From a virus, in the IMG/VR virus record IMGVR_UViG_3300014501_000003, positions 1-64,000 of that record: a stretch of 64,000 nt of DNA; one strand, written 5' to 3'. Shown in pieces: positions 1-9,003 of this stretch. Within the stretch, counting starts at the first letter, position 1; each line of letters begins with the position of its first letter. A model generated the notes under the pieces. That model made no database searches. It was given only the letters and a program-made list of their open reading frames with translations, and had not been told where the DNA came from. Made by a program: the position numbers and the translations under genes.

Positions 1-1368
1 GATGGCGGCTTGGCGGTCGTTGGCGACCGTGATCCGCGCCTGTGGATAGCTGGTGAGCGTGATGTAGCCTGGCGGAGGTACCGGTTCAAGCGTCAAGATG
101 GCAACGCGGAAGCCGACGCTCGCGGTGAGGCTACCCGCGGTGAGCTTGTGAGCCGTGAAGGTCGCTGCGAATCCCGCTGATGCCGAGAGCGCTGCATCGG
201 CGATCTTGCGGCCTGTAGTCGTGCTCCTCAGAGCGCCCGACACGGCCAACGTGCCAGCGCTCGCCTTGTGCGCCTGAAGCGCGTCCGCTAGACCAGCGCT
301 CATGGCCATCCCGCCATCTGCCTGCTTGTTGCCCACCGCCAGCGTGTCGAGTCCGAATCTCAGCAGCAGCGCTCCGCTGTACGATTCTTTCGCAGCTTCA
401 AATTTCCAACCCGAGTTGCCTGAGACGCTGGTGGAGTTGGCTCCTGCGTACCATTCTGCGCCGCCTTCTGCTGCGGAGTCTTTCAGTTCTAGGTAGTTGA
501 GTGCGACCACTCCCGAAGCTTTTGTGAGTTTCCAAGGTTTGCCCGCTTCGGTGCTTTCCATCTTGACGAGGCTGCCCGATTTGGCGTTCGTTGTGAGCGA
601 ACCCGTGATCGTCTGCGTGGTGCCTTGGGTGAACTTGGTGGCTTCCGCGTTACCTGCGGTACTGAGGGTCAGCGTGCCGAACGTGTTGCTGCCTGTGATC
701 GTGATGGCTGGGACGCCGAGGACGACCGTGCCGTAGGTCCCACCGCCTCCTGCGAAGGTTCCCGCTTTCCAAGCCCCGACGATTTCGATTGTCGCTTCCG
801 CCGCTTCGAGCGTGCCCGAAGCGAATTCCCAGAGGGCTGTCGTTGTGCCGCCGGTGATGACCACTGTGCTTTTGCCGAGGACCAGCTTGCCGGTGGCCAG
901 GCTTACTTTGCGCGCCTTCAGCGTGTTTCCGTTGGTGACGACTTCCCCGGCGCCAAATGCGATCAGTTCTTCTTCGCAGTTGACTTCTTCGAGGAGTTCC
1001 CACTTGCCACCTACGGCTCCGAAGGAGACTTTTTTGGGATGCTTTCCGCCTAGGCTGACTCGTTCAAATGTGCCCGAGGTCGAGACAAAGTTGAGGCGCA
1101 GGCCGCTCACACTCATCGAGGCGCCCAGTTTGATAGCCAGGCCACCGTTGCTCGTCGAGTAGCCGATCGCAAGAGTGGCTGTCGCTGCCAGGGTTTGCGT
1201 ATAGGCGCTTGCTTCGAGGCTGCGGCACTTGGCTTCGGCTGAGATCGTGATGGAGCCCGAACCGGCCCCAAGCACAACGTCGTCTTTTTCGCCAGGAACT
1301 ACGCCGCCTTCCCAGGCTGTCGTTTCGCTCCATTTGCCGCCCGCTGCGGAGGCTTCGATGGTCGCCAC
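1..1368 (-). CDS. Repeat-rich beta-helix-like, fibre-like protein; 3' end runs off the window (partial)
   Basis: Hand translation from GTG 1368 (next to the upstream TAG) is stop-free to position 1 (456 codons). High GC3, G/T/A/S-rich repeats (ITISAEA, VVITGGTT, ITITGSNT). Absent from the ORF track because there is no stop in the window. Confidence 0.6.
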   Translation of the reverse strand, partial: MATIEASAAGGKWSETTAWEGGVVPGEKDDVVLGAGSGSITISAEAKCRSLEASAYTQTLAATATLAIGYSTSNGGLAIKLGASMSVSGLRLNFVSTSGTFERVSLGGKHPKKVSFGAVGGKWELLEEVNCEEELIAFGAGEVVTNGNTLKARKVSLATGKLVLGKSTVVITGGTTTALWEFASGTLEAAEATIEIVGAWKAGTFAGGGGTYGTVVLGVPAITITGSNTFGTLTLSTAGNAEATKFTQGTTQTITGSLTTNAKSGSLVKMESTEAGKPWKLTKASGVVALNYLELKDSAAEGGAEWYAGANSTSVSGNSGWKFEAAKESYSGALLLRFGLDTLAVGNKQADGGMAMSAGLADALQAHKASAGTLAVSGALRSTTTGRKIADAALSASAGFAATFTAHKLTAGSLTASVGFRVAILTLEPVPPPGYITLTSYPQARITVANDRQAAI

Positions 1369-1370
1369 AA

Positions 1371-1985
1371 CTACGCAACCGGGTTAGCTTCGAGCTTGTC
1401 GCTCGTGACTTTGTATTCGCCTTCCCCGGTGAATTTCTCAGCGTGTTCGAGTTTCGCCACGGCGTAGACACCAGTGGCACCCGAACCCGCGGAGGCTTTT
1501 TCCCACCAGCCCGCATAGCCGACTTCTTCGCCCGCGGGCACTTTGATCGCCTCAGCGGCGGTGTCTTCGATTTCGCCGTATTCGGCGGTGCCCCAGGTGG
1601 CTTTCACGCGGGCGTAGGATCCGCCCGACAGCTCAACGAGCACGCCGAATTCGGTGGCGGTCGTGACTTCGTGACCTGCGACTTTGATCGCGGTGCCCGA
1701 TTCCTGCTCTGAGAGTTCAAAGCTGTTGGTCGCTTCCCCGACGACGTAGTAGGGGCGAGTGATGACCAGGGCACCCGTCACGCTGGCGGTGAGGGCCGTG
1801 CAGACGACGACCGCACCGTTGACGAAGCCTTTGGCTTTCGCGCCGGTCATATTGAAGACCGTGCCGTTGAGTGCGGTGGACGAGGTCACGGCGTAGGGCG
1901 TGGGGTTCTTGAACAGCCCCACGTAGGCCATCTTGCTCGTTGCGCCTTTCAGCGCTTCGTTCTTGCCGTAGGCGGTCAGGGGCAT
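1371..1985 (-). CDS. Hypothetical protein, 204 aa
   Basis: Track ORF. GGAGG lies 5-6 nt upstream of ATG 1985. Balanced composition. Confidence 0.75.
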   Translation of the reverse strand: MPLTAYGKNEALKGATSKMAYVGLFKNPTPYAVTSSTALNGTVFNMTGAKAKGFVNGAVVVCTALTASVTGALVITRPYYVVGEATNSFELSEQESGTAIKVAGHEVTTATEFGVLVELSGGSYARVKATWGTAEYGEIEDTAAEAIKVPAGEEVGYAGWWEKASAGSGATGVYAVAKLEHAEKFTGEGEYKVTSDKLEANPVA

Positions 1986-2006
1986 GCGTTCCTCCGTTCA
2001 AGGGTT

Positions 2007-2028
2007 CGCCGCCTACTGAGAGGCGGCG
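2007..2028 (-). terminator. GC hairpin between two minus-strand genes (possible terminator or attenuator)
   Basis: CGCCGCCT / AGGCGGCG 8-bp stem with a 6-nt loop, downstream of the stop at 2074. No clear U-tract. Confidence 0.3.
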
Positions 2029-2073
2029 CCGGCCGTCGCGCCGGTAAGAGGTGGCGCTAGCGGCTCAGCTCAG

Positions 2074-2370
2074 CTATTTGAGAAGCGATAGCGAGCGGCT
2101 GGGCTCGGTGCGCTTCTGGAACTGGGCGAGCTTCTCACCGAGGAACTCGCGCACCTTGGCTTGGTCGAGCACGAGTTTCGAGGCTCCGAGGGTGAGCGCG
2201 ATGCGGTCGCGATAGGTCGAGCGGCCGGTTTTCTCGAAGTGCTTGAGCAGGACGGGTGCGGCCTCCTCGAGCAAGGGCCTCAGGCGGTCGATTTCTCGCT
2301 TGGCGTGCTCCCATTGCTCTGCAGCCTCGGCGAGGGTGAGCTTGCGCTTCTGCACTCGGTCGGCGGTCAT
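2074..2370 (-). CDS. Hypothetical protein, 98 aa
   Basis: Track ORF 2074..2382. I prefer the internal ATG 2370, preceded by GGGGGA. Helical, charged composition. Confidence 0.7.
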   Translation of the reverse strand: MTADRVQKRKLTLAEAAEQWEHAKREIDRLRPLLEEAAPVLLKHFEKTGRSTYRDRIALTLGASKLVLDQAKVREFLGEKLAQFQKRTEPSRSLSLLK

Positions 2371-2404
2371 CGCATCCCCCAAGGGTCAAGGTCCGGTCGA
2401 GGGT

Positions 2405-2410
2405 TACAAT
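2405..2410 (+). promoter_or_regulatory. Candidate -10 box (TACAAT) in a divergent intergenic region
   Basis: TACAAT lies 32 nt upstream of ATG 2443 in the 60-nt gap between divergent genes. No convincing -35. Confidence 0.3.
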
Positions 2411-2442
2411 GATAGTGCAGACGACGCCTGAAACGAGGGAAT

Positions 2443-2679
2443 ATGAGCCGCTCGCCGAGCCATCCAGATTTGCTCGCGGGTCATGCCGTGGTGCGGCTCA
2501 AGACCGGCGAGTCGTTCGTCGGCGAGATGGTCTACGACGGCCGAGCGGTATCAGGGTCGATGAGCCTGCGCGTCATCGTGAACGGCGTCGTTGAGTACCG
2601 ACCTCCGAAACAGCGAACGGTCCCGACCCACGTCATCAGAGAAGTGGTCTGGGACGATGATGCTGTCCAGCGCGAGTGA
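2443..2679 (+). CDS. Hypothetical small protein, 78 aa
   Basis: Track ORF. GAGGGAAT precedes the ATG. Beta-rich composition. Confidence 0.6.
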   Translation: MSRSPSHPDLLAGHAVVRLKTGESFVGEMVYDGRAVSGSMSLRVIVNGVVEYRPPKQRTVPTHVIREVVWDDDAVQRE

Positions 2680-2721
2680 TAGAAGGTGTTTACACCTTCC
2701 CCTCGACTGATCGGAGACACG

Positions 2722-2952
2722 ATGCCCACAACCGAGCACGCCATCGAGAACGACTCGATCTTGAAGAAGCTCCTGAAAGGCCCGAAGACGCGCAAGCAAC
2801 TCGGCGTGACCCGCTACCGCCTACAGCAGCTCATGGCGGACAAGCTCGTCAAGAAAGGCGGAGAAGTCAAAGTCAAGGGCTCGGTCGCTCGGAAGGCCGT
2901 CGCCTACGAGTTGACCGCGAAGGGGCTCAAGCGGGCTCAGAAGCTCGCCTGA
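2722..2952 (+). CDS. Small winged-helix-like DNA-binding protein, 76 aa
   Basis: Track ORF 2686..2952. ATG 2722 has GGAG 5 nt upstream. KKLLKGPKTRKQLGVTRYRLQQLMADKLVKK resembles a wHTH. Confidence 0.6.
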   Translation: MPTTEHAIENDSILKKLLKGPKTRKQLGVTRYRLQQLMADKLVKKGGEVKVKGSVARKAVAYELTAKGLKRAQKLA

Positions 2953-3263
2953 TGCAGCGCGTAGCGATAGGCCAGCTCACGTTCCAAGCGGCGCCCGCGC
3001 GTCGCAAGACGGAGGTCCCGCTGATCTCAAGCGTCAGCGTCAGCGGGACCGTGATCGAGGCAGCGATGGTCGCGATGCAGCACGCTCTCGACTCCAAGGA
3101 ACCCGTCGTGCAGCTCGACCACGGCGAGGAGGTCGTGGTGTCGATCGCCACGCCGGAGGGCGAGGTCATCGGACAGGCACGCGGCACGGTCGGCGTCTCG
3201 TTCGCCGACAAGATGATCGAGGGCGTGGGATACACCGTGCGTCAGCACAAGGTGAAGCTGTAG
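2952..3263 (+). CDS. Hypothetical protein, 103 aa
   Basis: In-frame ATG 2952 overlaps the upstream stop (TGATG). The upstream part of track ORF 2676..3263 is Arg-rich and unlikely to be coding. Confidence 0.6.
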   Translation: MQRVAIGQLTFQAAPARRKTEVPLISSVSVSGTVIEAAMVAMQHALDSKEPVVQLDHGEEVVVSIATPEGEVIGQARGTVGVSFADKMIEGVGYTVRQHKVKL

Positions 3264-3265
3264 CC

Positions 3266-3892
3266 GTGAGCCGGACGATCGCGCTGCCCGACACGCTCTC
3301 GCTGCTGCTCGCGATCGAACGGGCCGGCGAGCAGAACCCCGGACCTCGCAGGGATGACAACTACGAGTACCGAGGGCCTGCGGGCTCGGCGGATGTCGAG
3401 CGCATCGCCGAACATCTCGGCTGGCGTCGCTGGTATGACGACGGGTGGCACGTCGAGGGCGAGTTCCCACCCGAGCGGATTCGAGCCGCATGCAAGCGTC
3501 TGCTACCCGATGAGCTGGTGTTCGAGCACCGGCCGAAGCACGGATGCGTCCACTATTCCGTGGCGCCCGAGGGCGAGCAGGAACTGGTGTACCGCGCCGA
3601 GGAGCTGCCCGAGTTGCCCGAGTCACCGGAACATCACCGCTGGCGCAAGGCTCGCGAGACCGCGCTGCGCAGCCTGCCGTCACTGAGGACCGCCGTGCGT
3701 ACCACCGCGCAGCGGGCGCACGGATGCGCCGACACGGACGACCTGGGCCAGCTTGTGCGACGGGTGCCGCTGGTCGGTGAGATGTATCGCAAGGGAGCGA
3801 CCTCGCGCGTGACCGTGGGCGATGACGTCGAGTGCGCCGTCGAACAGCTCATCGAAGCGCTGGAGGACATCCACGCAGAGGAGCCGTCGTAG
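3266..3892 (+). CDS. Hypothetical protein, 208 aa
   Basis: Track ORF with a GTG start 3 nt after the previous stop. Protein-like composition. Confidence 0.7.
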   Translation: MSRTIALPDTLSLLLAIERAGEQNPGPRRDDNYEYRGPAGSADVERIAEHLGWRRWYDDGWHVEGEFPPERIRAACKRLLPDELVFEHRPKHGCVHYSVAPEGEQELVYRAEELPELPESPEHHRWRKARETALRSLPSLRTAVRTTAQRAHGCADTDDLGQLVRRVPLVGEMYRKGATSRVTVGDDVECAVEQLIEALEDIHAEEPS

Positions 3893-3945
3893 CCGACCAA
3901 GCCTCCCTCGCTGATGACGCACGCGCCCGCCGAGACGAACGGATC

Positions 3946-4050
3946 GTGGCGCGCTTGGAGCAGATGCGCAACCTCGTGGCCGACTTAGAGGCTCGGCTTC
4001 CGGGGTGGCGACGGGAGATCGAGGGACTGCTGGCGGAGCTGCGGCGATGA
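3946..4050 (+). CDS. Possible small coiled-coil protein, 34 aa
   Basis: First canonical start (GTG) after the upstream stop, in the frame of track ORF 3832..4050. Heptad-like RLEQMRNLVADLEARL. Confidence 0.3.
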   Translation: MARLEQMRNLVADLEARLPGWRREIEGLLAELRR

Positions 4051-4202
4051 TCGAGCGCTGGCTGTGTTGGCTCAATCGCACCGGCAAGCAGACGGGCCTG
4101 CGCTTCGCTCTGTGGCGCTGGCGGGCAGCACACGAAGATCGCACGCGGCTCAAGCAGGAGGTTCGACGGCTGGAACGCCTACTCGCTGAGCTGCGCGGGT
4201 GA
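4047..4202 (+). CDS. Possible small protein, 51 aa
   Basis: ATGA overlap with the preceding small ORF. Hydrophobic N-terminus followed by a coiled coil. Confidence 0.4.
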   Translation: MIERWLCWLNRTGKQTGLRFALWRWRAAHEDRTRLKQEVRRLERLLAELRG

Positions 4203-4922
4203 TGGGCGTAGCTCGGATCCGGTGCCACTTGGCCGGGGCTCGTCTTGGTCATCGACGGGCGCTTGGCGGGCGGCACGATCCGACGCATCCAATATAGCGC
4301 CGCTGTCGAGAGCGAGTTCGGCCTGGAGCTTGAACAGCTCCTTGCGGATTAGGTTCGCGCGGTTGCCTGCCTTGACCGTGACCATCACATCGCGGCAGCG
4401 TTCGGCATCGGCTGCCATGCGCGAGACGAGCAGCTGGGCCGGCGTCAGGCGTTTCTCGCGTGCCGCTAAGCGGGCTCGAGCGAGATCCTCGGCCAGCGGC
4501 GCCAGGTACTCGGGATCTCCAGGCACGGATTGACGTGAGGCCACCGTCGTAAACCCGCCGTCGGCTGAGAGGTAGACCCCCGTGTCGTCGAAGGCTTCGC
4601 GCTCATCGCCGCGGATGAAGTGGATGATCCACGTCTCTGATTCGCGGTCGACCTGGCGCACGGTGATCGTGGTGGGCTTCGGGTCCCACCGTTGCACGCG
4701 GTCGATGAGCCATAGCACTGAGCGGGCGTGGGATGGCTGCTCGCCGGCGCGTGCCAGGAACCGCTCAAACGGGATCGGCGGGTAGAGGCGCTCGACTTTG
4801 CCCACGCGCGTCGGGCAGCGCTTGAGCTCTCCGAACTTGCCGTGCCTCACCGGGAGTTCCAGCAGGCGCTTGCGGACCTTGCGGTCCAAGATTGCATCGA
4901 GGTCGGCCTGCGAGACGATCAC
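4179..4922 (-). CDS. Hypothetical protein, 247 aa
   Basis: GTG 4922 forms a GTGA overlap with the stop of the upstream gene. The track ORF extends to 5006 through an Arg-rich stretch. Confidence 0.75.
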   Translation of the reverse strand: MIVSQADLDAILDRKVRKRLLELPVRHGKFGELKRCPTRVGKVERLYPPIPFERFLARAGEQPSHARSVLWLIDRVQRWDPKPTTITVRQVDRESETWIIHFIRGDEREAFDDTGVYLSADGGFTTVASRQSVPGDPEYLAPLAEDLARARLAAREKRLTPAQLLVSRMAADAERCRDVMVTVKAGNRANLIRKELFKLQAELALDSGAILDASDRAARQAPVDDQDEPRPSGTGSELRPSPAQLSE

Positions 4923-5476
4923 AGCTTGCTCGGGTCTATGACGTGCCAGGTTGTCGCCGCGCGGAGTCGAGCGACGCCGTCGGCACGCCGCGGCGACGGG
5001 TCCCACACCAGCTCACGGTCGTTCATCACGACGGCATGTAGACCCCACTGGATGCCAAGGAACCGCTCGTCCGGCTTGCCGTGGCACCACTCGCAGTCAG
5101 GGTCGCCACCGGGCGTGCGGTCAGCGCAGCCGCAGCCGCGCATGATCTCATCGGGGATGCGAGGGCTATGAACGCCAGCGATCCAGTATCCGAACTCGCG
5201 GTGATCGCCGAGCTCGGGCCAGTTGCGCCACCCCTCGCCCGTCTGGTCCCAGTCGTCCTCGATCTTCGTGAGCGACGTATGGACACACCGGAGCGCCGGG
5301 TACTGCTCGGTCGTCCACGTCATCAGGTCTTGGCCATAGCCGGTGCCGGTCGCATCGGCCTGACTGATCGGGATCTCGAAGATGGACGCGACGCACGCCG
5401 CGACGCAGTTGCCACGGCTCGGACCGAGCGGGTGATCGTCGGCCCGGTAGAACCGAGTCTGCTCGACAGGGATCAT
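4919..5476 (-). CDS. Hypothetical protein, possible papain-like Cys peptidase, 185 aa
   Basis: Track ORF. GNCVAACVASI (candidate Cys nucleophile) and GLHAVVMND (candidate His) are in papain-like order. Confidence 0.75.
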   Translation of the reverse strand: MIPVEQTRFYRADDHPLGPSRGNCVAACVASIFEIPISQADATGTGYGQDLMTWTTEQYPALRCVHTSLTKIEDDWDQTGEGWRNWPELGDHREFGYWIAGVHSPRIPDEIMRGCGCADRTPGGDPDCEWCHGKPDERFLGIQWGLHAVVMNDRELVWDPSPRRADGVARLRAATTWHVIDPSKL

Positions 5477-5514
5477 CGACCGTCCAGTATCGCCCGATGG
5501 CGGGGTTTACACCA

Positions 5515-6096
5515 TCACTGACGGCGCCCGCGCATCTTCGCCTTCAAGTCCTCATTGCGCACGCTGAGGTAGATCGCGGTGGTGCGAATGTCCGAGTGGC
5601 GCATCAACTCCTGCACGTCGCGGATCGTGAACCCCTCGCTAAGCAGCGTCGTGGCGAACGTGTGGCGGAGCTTGTGCGGCCACGCGTGCTCGATCTCGGC
5701 CTTGCGCGAGCGGCGGTCGATCATCGCCCACACTCGGCGCCGGTCCAATGGCTCGCCGCGCTGGGCCGAGCGGACGCACACGAACAGGTGGGGCTTGCCG
5801 GCGGCGTAGGCGCGGCGCGTTGCCTTCCAGCGCTCGAGCAGCTTGAGCGTCGTCTCGTCGACGTAGATCACGGCCTCCTTAGAGCCCTTCGTGATCTCCG
5901 GGCGCAGCCTGATCTCGCCCTCGCGCCAGTCCACGTCGCGCACGTACAGGCCGCAGACCTCCGAGACGCGCAGGCCCGCCCTGACCATGAGCTCCATCAT
6001 GCAGCGGTCGCGCAGGCCCGTCGGCGTGTCGAGGTTCGGCATCTCAAGCAGCTGCTCGAGTTCGGCCGAGAGTAGGGTTTTCGGGAGCCTGCGCAC
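5515..6096 (-). CDS. Tyrosine recombinase/integrase, catalytic domain only, 193 aa
   Basis: Carries RVSE (Arg), HKLRHTFAT (HxxR), MRHSD (His) and TAIYL (Tyr). No N-terminal core-binding domain is available in this frame. Confidence 0.9.
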   Translation of the reverse strand: MRRLPKTLLSAELEQLLEMPNLDTPTGLRDRCMMELMVRAGLRVSEVCGLYVRDVDWREGEIRLRPEITKGSKEAVIYVDETTLKLLERWKATRRAYAAGKPHLFVCVRSAQRGEPLDRRRVWAMIDRRSRKAEIEHAWPHKLRHTFATTLLSEGFTIRDVQELMRHSDIRTTAIYLSVRNEDLKAKMRGRRQ

Positions 6097-6162
6097 CCTT
6101 CCCGTTGTACCGTCTGAGCGGACATTTGCCCGGATGCCGGATCGCAGGGGTTCGGCGACGAT

Positions 6163-6235
6163 AGGGGAGACAAAGTCAACTCAGAATGTCCCCTGCATCG
6201 AGCGCCGGAAGGCGCGGAGCGGGGTTCCGTCCCCT
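6163..6235. promoter_or_regulatory. Short repeat cluster upstream of the recombinase gene (candidate binding sites)
   Basis: AGGGGAGACA (6163..6172) is inverted relative to TGTCCCCT (6187..6194). A direct copy CGTCCCCT lies at 6228..6235. GGGGTTC occurs twice (6147, 6221). Confidence 0.3.
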
Positions 6236-6283
6236 CTATTTAGCCGGGCCGGCTAGGGGGGTGCGGGGAGGTGTCGTGCGTAT

Positions 6284-8602
6284 TCACGCGGCCTTCGCCC
6301 GCTTGCGTTTGGCGGGTTTCGCCGCTGCCTTGCGACGGGGTTTCGCCGTAGGCTTGGTCGGCTCGAGGGGCGCGTCGAACAGCGACGGGACGATGTGGTT
6401 TGCCTCGGCGATGTTGCGCGCGGCCGTCTGCCAGTAGGAGCGCTTGAGCTCCACTCCGACGTATCGCCGGCCGAGTCCTACGGACACCACGCCTTCGGAG
6501 CCCACACCCGCGAACGGCGAGAGGATCAGATCGCCAGGTGCGCTCCACAGCTTGATCGCGCGCTCGATCACGCCGAGCTGTAGCGGGCACAGGTGGCGCT
6601 CGTCTCGCTCATCTCTCGCCGCCGAGACATTGAGCACGTCCGTCTCGCGGATGCCGCCGGGGTAGTCCGGGCCCGCTCGATACCAGACCGGCGCCGCCCA
6701 CTCGATCCACTCCTCGGGCGTGATCCAGCCGTCCGTGTTGCCGTAGCGCTCGGAGATTCCGGCGGCGATTGGTTGGGGGTTCTCGCCCGGCTTGCGGAAT
6801 TGCAGCAGGTAGTCGGCCTGCGCCATGCGCATGTTGGCCGAGTCCTTCGCGAGCGTCTTGAACAAGAGGCCCCGGTCCTTCGTGCGGATCGCCTTGACCT
6901 GCGGGTCCTTGTCGATGCAGACCTCGCCGTAGTAGGTCCAGCCGCCCGCTTCCATCGCGGCGATCGTCGCGCCGCGGAAGTCGCGCAGGCCGATCTCCTC
7001 GCCGTCGCGCTTGCGGGTCTGCGCCTGGGCCAGGTGGATCGCCACGGAGCGCCCGGGCATCGTCACGCGCAGGAGCTCGGGCACGAGGTAGCCGAAGTGC
7101 TCGATCATCTGCTCGACGGATTCGACGTTGCCCATGTCGCGCGCCTGGTCGGTGTAGACGTACATCGACGGGAAGGGCGGCGAGAACACCGTCAGGCCCA
7201 CGGAGTCGGGCTCGACCTCGGCGAGCCGCTCCACGCAGTCGCCGAGCATGAGCCGCCAGCCCTCGCCCTCGGCGTCGTCTGACTCATAGACGCCCTTCGC
7301 CAGGTGCTCGAGCGTGCGGTCGCTCATGGCTTGCAGCAGTTCCTCGGCCATCTGCTCTGCCCTCCGTTGCTTGGATTCGATGTTGCGGACCACCGCGCCC
7401 TCGACGTCGGCGGTGACGACGTAGACCTCGACGGGCCGTGTCTGCCCGAAGCGCCAGCAGCGGCGCACGGCCTGGTAGTAGCGCTCGAATGAGTCCGAGA
7501 GCCCGACGAACACCATGCGCGCGCAGCGCTGCCAGTTCATGCCGTGGCCGCAGATCGAGGGCTTTGAGACGAGCACCTGCACATCGCCGTCGGCGAAGCC
7601 GAGCAGCGCCGATTCCTTGTGCTCCTGCGAGTCCGCGCCCTTGACCTCGACCGCTCCGGGGATCAGCTTGGCCAGCTGCTCGGACTCGGAGTTGAGATCA
7701 CACCACAGCAGCCATTGCTCGCCCGGCTCTTTGGCGACCAGCGCGGCGGCGGCCTTGACGCGATCGTCGCGCGTGTCCGCTCGCGCTTTGCGGCGCTCGG
7801 AGAGCGTGCGCGCCTCGCCGCGGAACAGCGTCTCCGCCTCCTGCTCGTTCTCAGCCTCGACGCCGATCTGGTGGACGCTCAGCGGCGGGAGCTCATACAG
7901 CTCGTCGCCCTCCGGGAAGCCCACGTCGGAGGGCCGGCGCATCGCCATCGCCCATGAGGCGACCCAGCGCCAGAAGTCCGTCTCGGCGTGCCGCTTCATC
8001 CGCCACTTCTGCGTCGAGTTGCCGTCCTGCGTAAAGAACAGCGCCATCATCTCCTTCGCGCTCAGGACCGATAGGAACTCGGAGTGCTGGCCCAGCTCGA
8101 GGTAGTCGTTCGGCGCGGGCGTGGCCGTCGCGCAGAGCCGGTAGGGCAGCAGCGAGGCGAAGTCCGTCAGGTCCCGGCGGGTCTTGCCGTCGAAGCTCTT
8201 GAGGATCGAGGACTCGTCCAGCACGATCGCGCCGAAGTCTGCGGGGTCGAAGCGGTGCAGCCGGTCGTAGTTGGACACGGTGATGTAGCCCTCGGGCTCA
8301 CCGCCGGGCGAGTAGGCGGCCTCGGCGCCGACGTCGGATGCCTCACGGACGATCTGCTTGGAGACGGCCAGCGGCGCGAGCATGAGGACGGGTTTCGCCG
8401 GGACCGCCGTCGCCCACGCGAGCTCCATGCGGGTCTTGCCGGTGCCCGTGTCTGCGAACAGCGCCGAGCGGCCCCGCTTCAATGCCCGTTCCACGAGCAG
8501 GTGCTGCCACGGGAACAGGTCCCAGCGCGGCGCCTTGGCCTTGGCCTCAGCGACCGGCACCAGCGCGCGCATCTTCGACGCGACGAACTCCGCGTAGCTC
8601 AC
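6284..8602 (-). CDS. SNF2-family helicase fused to a beta-class N4/N6 DNA methyltransferase, 772 aa
   Basis: Helicase motifs: GTGKT, VLDESS, ATATP and QAVRRCWRFGQ. Methyltransferase motifs follow in the order SPPF then FAGVGSEG. Start taken as GTG 8602 (GTGA overlap). Confidence 0.9.
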   Translation of the reverse strand: MSYAEFVASKMRALVPVAEAKAKAPRWDLFPWQHLLVERALKRGRSALFADTGTGKTRMELAWATAVPAKPVLMLAPLAVSKQIVREASDVGAEAAYSPGGEPEGYITVSNYDRLHRFDPADFGAIVLDESSILKSFDGKTRRDLTDFASLLPYRLCATATPAPNDYLELGQHSEFLSVLSAKEMMALFFTQDGNSTQKWRMKRHAETDFWRWVASWAMAMRRPSDVGFPEGDELYELPPLSVHQIGVEAENEQEAETLFRGEARTLSERRKARADTRDDRVKAAAALVAKEPGEQWLLWCDLNSESEQLAKLIPGAVEVKGADSQEHKESALLGFADGDVQVLVSKPSICGHGMNWQRCARMVFVGLSDSFERYYQAVRRCWRFGQTRPVEVYVVTADVEGAVVRNIESKQRRAEQMAEELLQAMSDRTLEHLAKGVYESDDAEGEGWRLMLGDCVERLAEVEPDSVGLTVFSPPFPSMYVYTDQARDMGNVESVEQMIEHFGYLVPELLRVTMPGRSVAIHLAQAQTRKRDGEEIGLRDFRGATIAAMEAGGWTYYGEVCIDKDPQVKAIRTKDRGLLFKTLAKDSANMRMAQADYLLQFRKPGENPQPIAAGISERYGNTDGWITPEEWIEWAAPVWYRAGPDYPGGIRETDVLNVSAARDERDERHLCPLQLGVIERAIKLWSAPGDLILSPFAGVGSEGVVSVGLGRRYVGVELKRSYWQTAARNIAEANHIVPSLFDAPLEPTKPTAKPRRKAAAKPAKRKRAKAA

Positions 8603-9003
8603 GCGCGCTCGCCATACGTCTTGTCGAGCCAGTAGGTGAGCCCGTTCGTCGCCGCCCATAACTCAGTCTCGGCAGGGATCGCGGACCGGGGGATGCGCAG
8701 CGTCTTGGTCTGATCGAGGGCGAGATGGTGACGCTTGCACGCGGGCCGCCAAACAGCGGGTGCCCAGAGAATCAGCTTGGAGCGGGACACCTCGCGGCGG
8801 ATCACCTGCTCGCGGATCAAGTGCGCCCGTTCCATCCGGCCGGAGCAGGAGACGCCCGGAGCGAACTGAGCCAACCAGCACGCCGGGATCTCCTCGGGCA
8901 GAGCACCGAACACGTACAGCGTCTCCCTCTCTCGCTTCCCCTCGCGCTCGGGCTTGGGGACGGGGAGGACGTGGGCCTTGGCTTGGTCGCTGGTGGTGGT
9001 CAT
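8599..9003 (-). CDS. Hypothetical protein, 134 aa
   Basis: Track ORF with 4-nt overlaps to both neighbours. Cys/His-containing (CSGRMERAHLI, CKRHH). Confidence 0.7.
   Translation of the reverse strand: MTTTSDQAKAHVLPVPKPEREGKRERETLYVFGALPEEIPACWLAQFAPGVSCSGRMERAHLIREQVIRREVSRSKLILWAPAVWRPACKRHHLALDQTKTLRIPRSAIPAETELWAATNGLTYWLDKTYGERA

Noticed and set aside
3027-3683. 218-aa minus-strand ORF
   Set aside because: Extremely Arg/Ala/Pro-rich and antisense to a better plus-strand ORF (3266..3892). This is a typical shadow frame in high-GC DNA.
5497-6075. 192-aa plus-strand ORF
   Set aside because: Antisense to the tyrosine recombinase gene, which has all the catalytic motifs.
6097-6283. tRNA fragment or attP core next to the recombinase
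   Set aside because: GGGGTTCGGCG superficially resembles a T-arm, but no acceptor or anticodon structure can be built. Only short repeats are reported.
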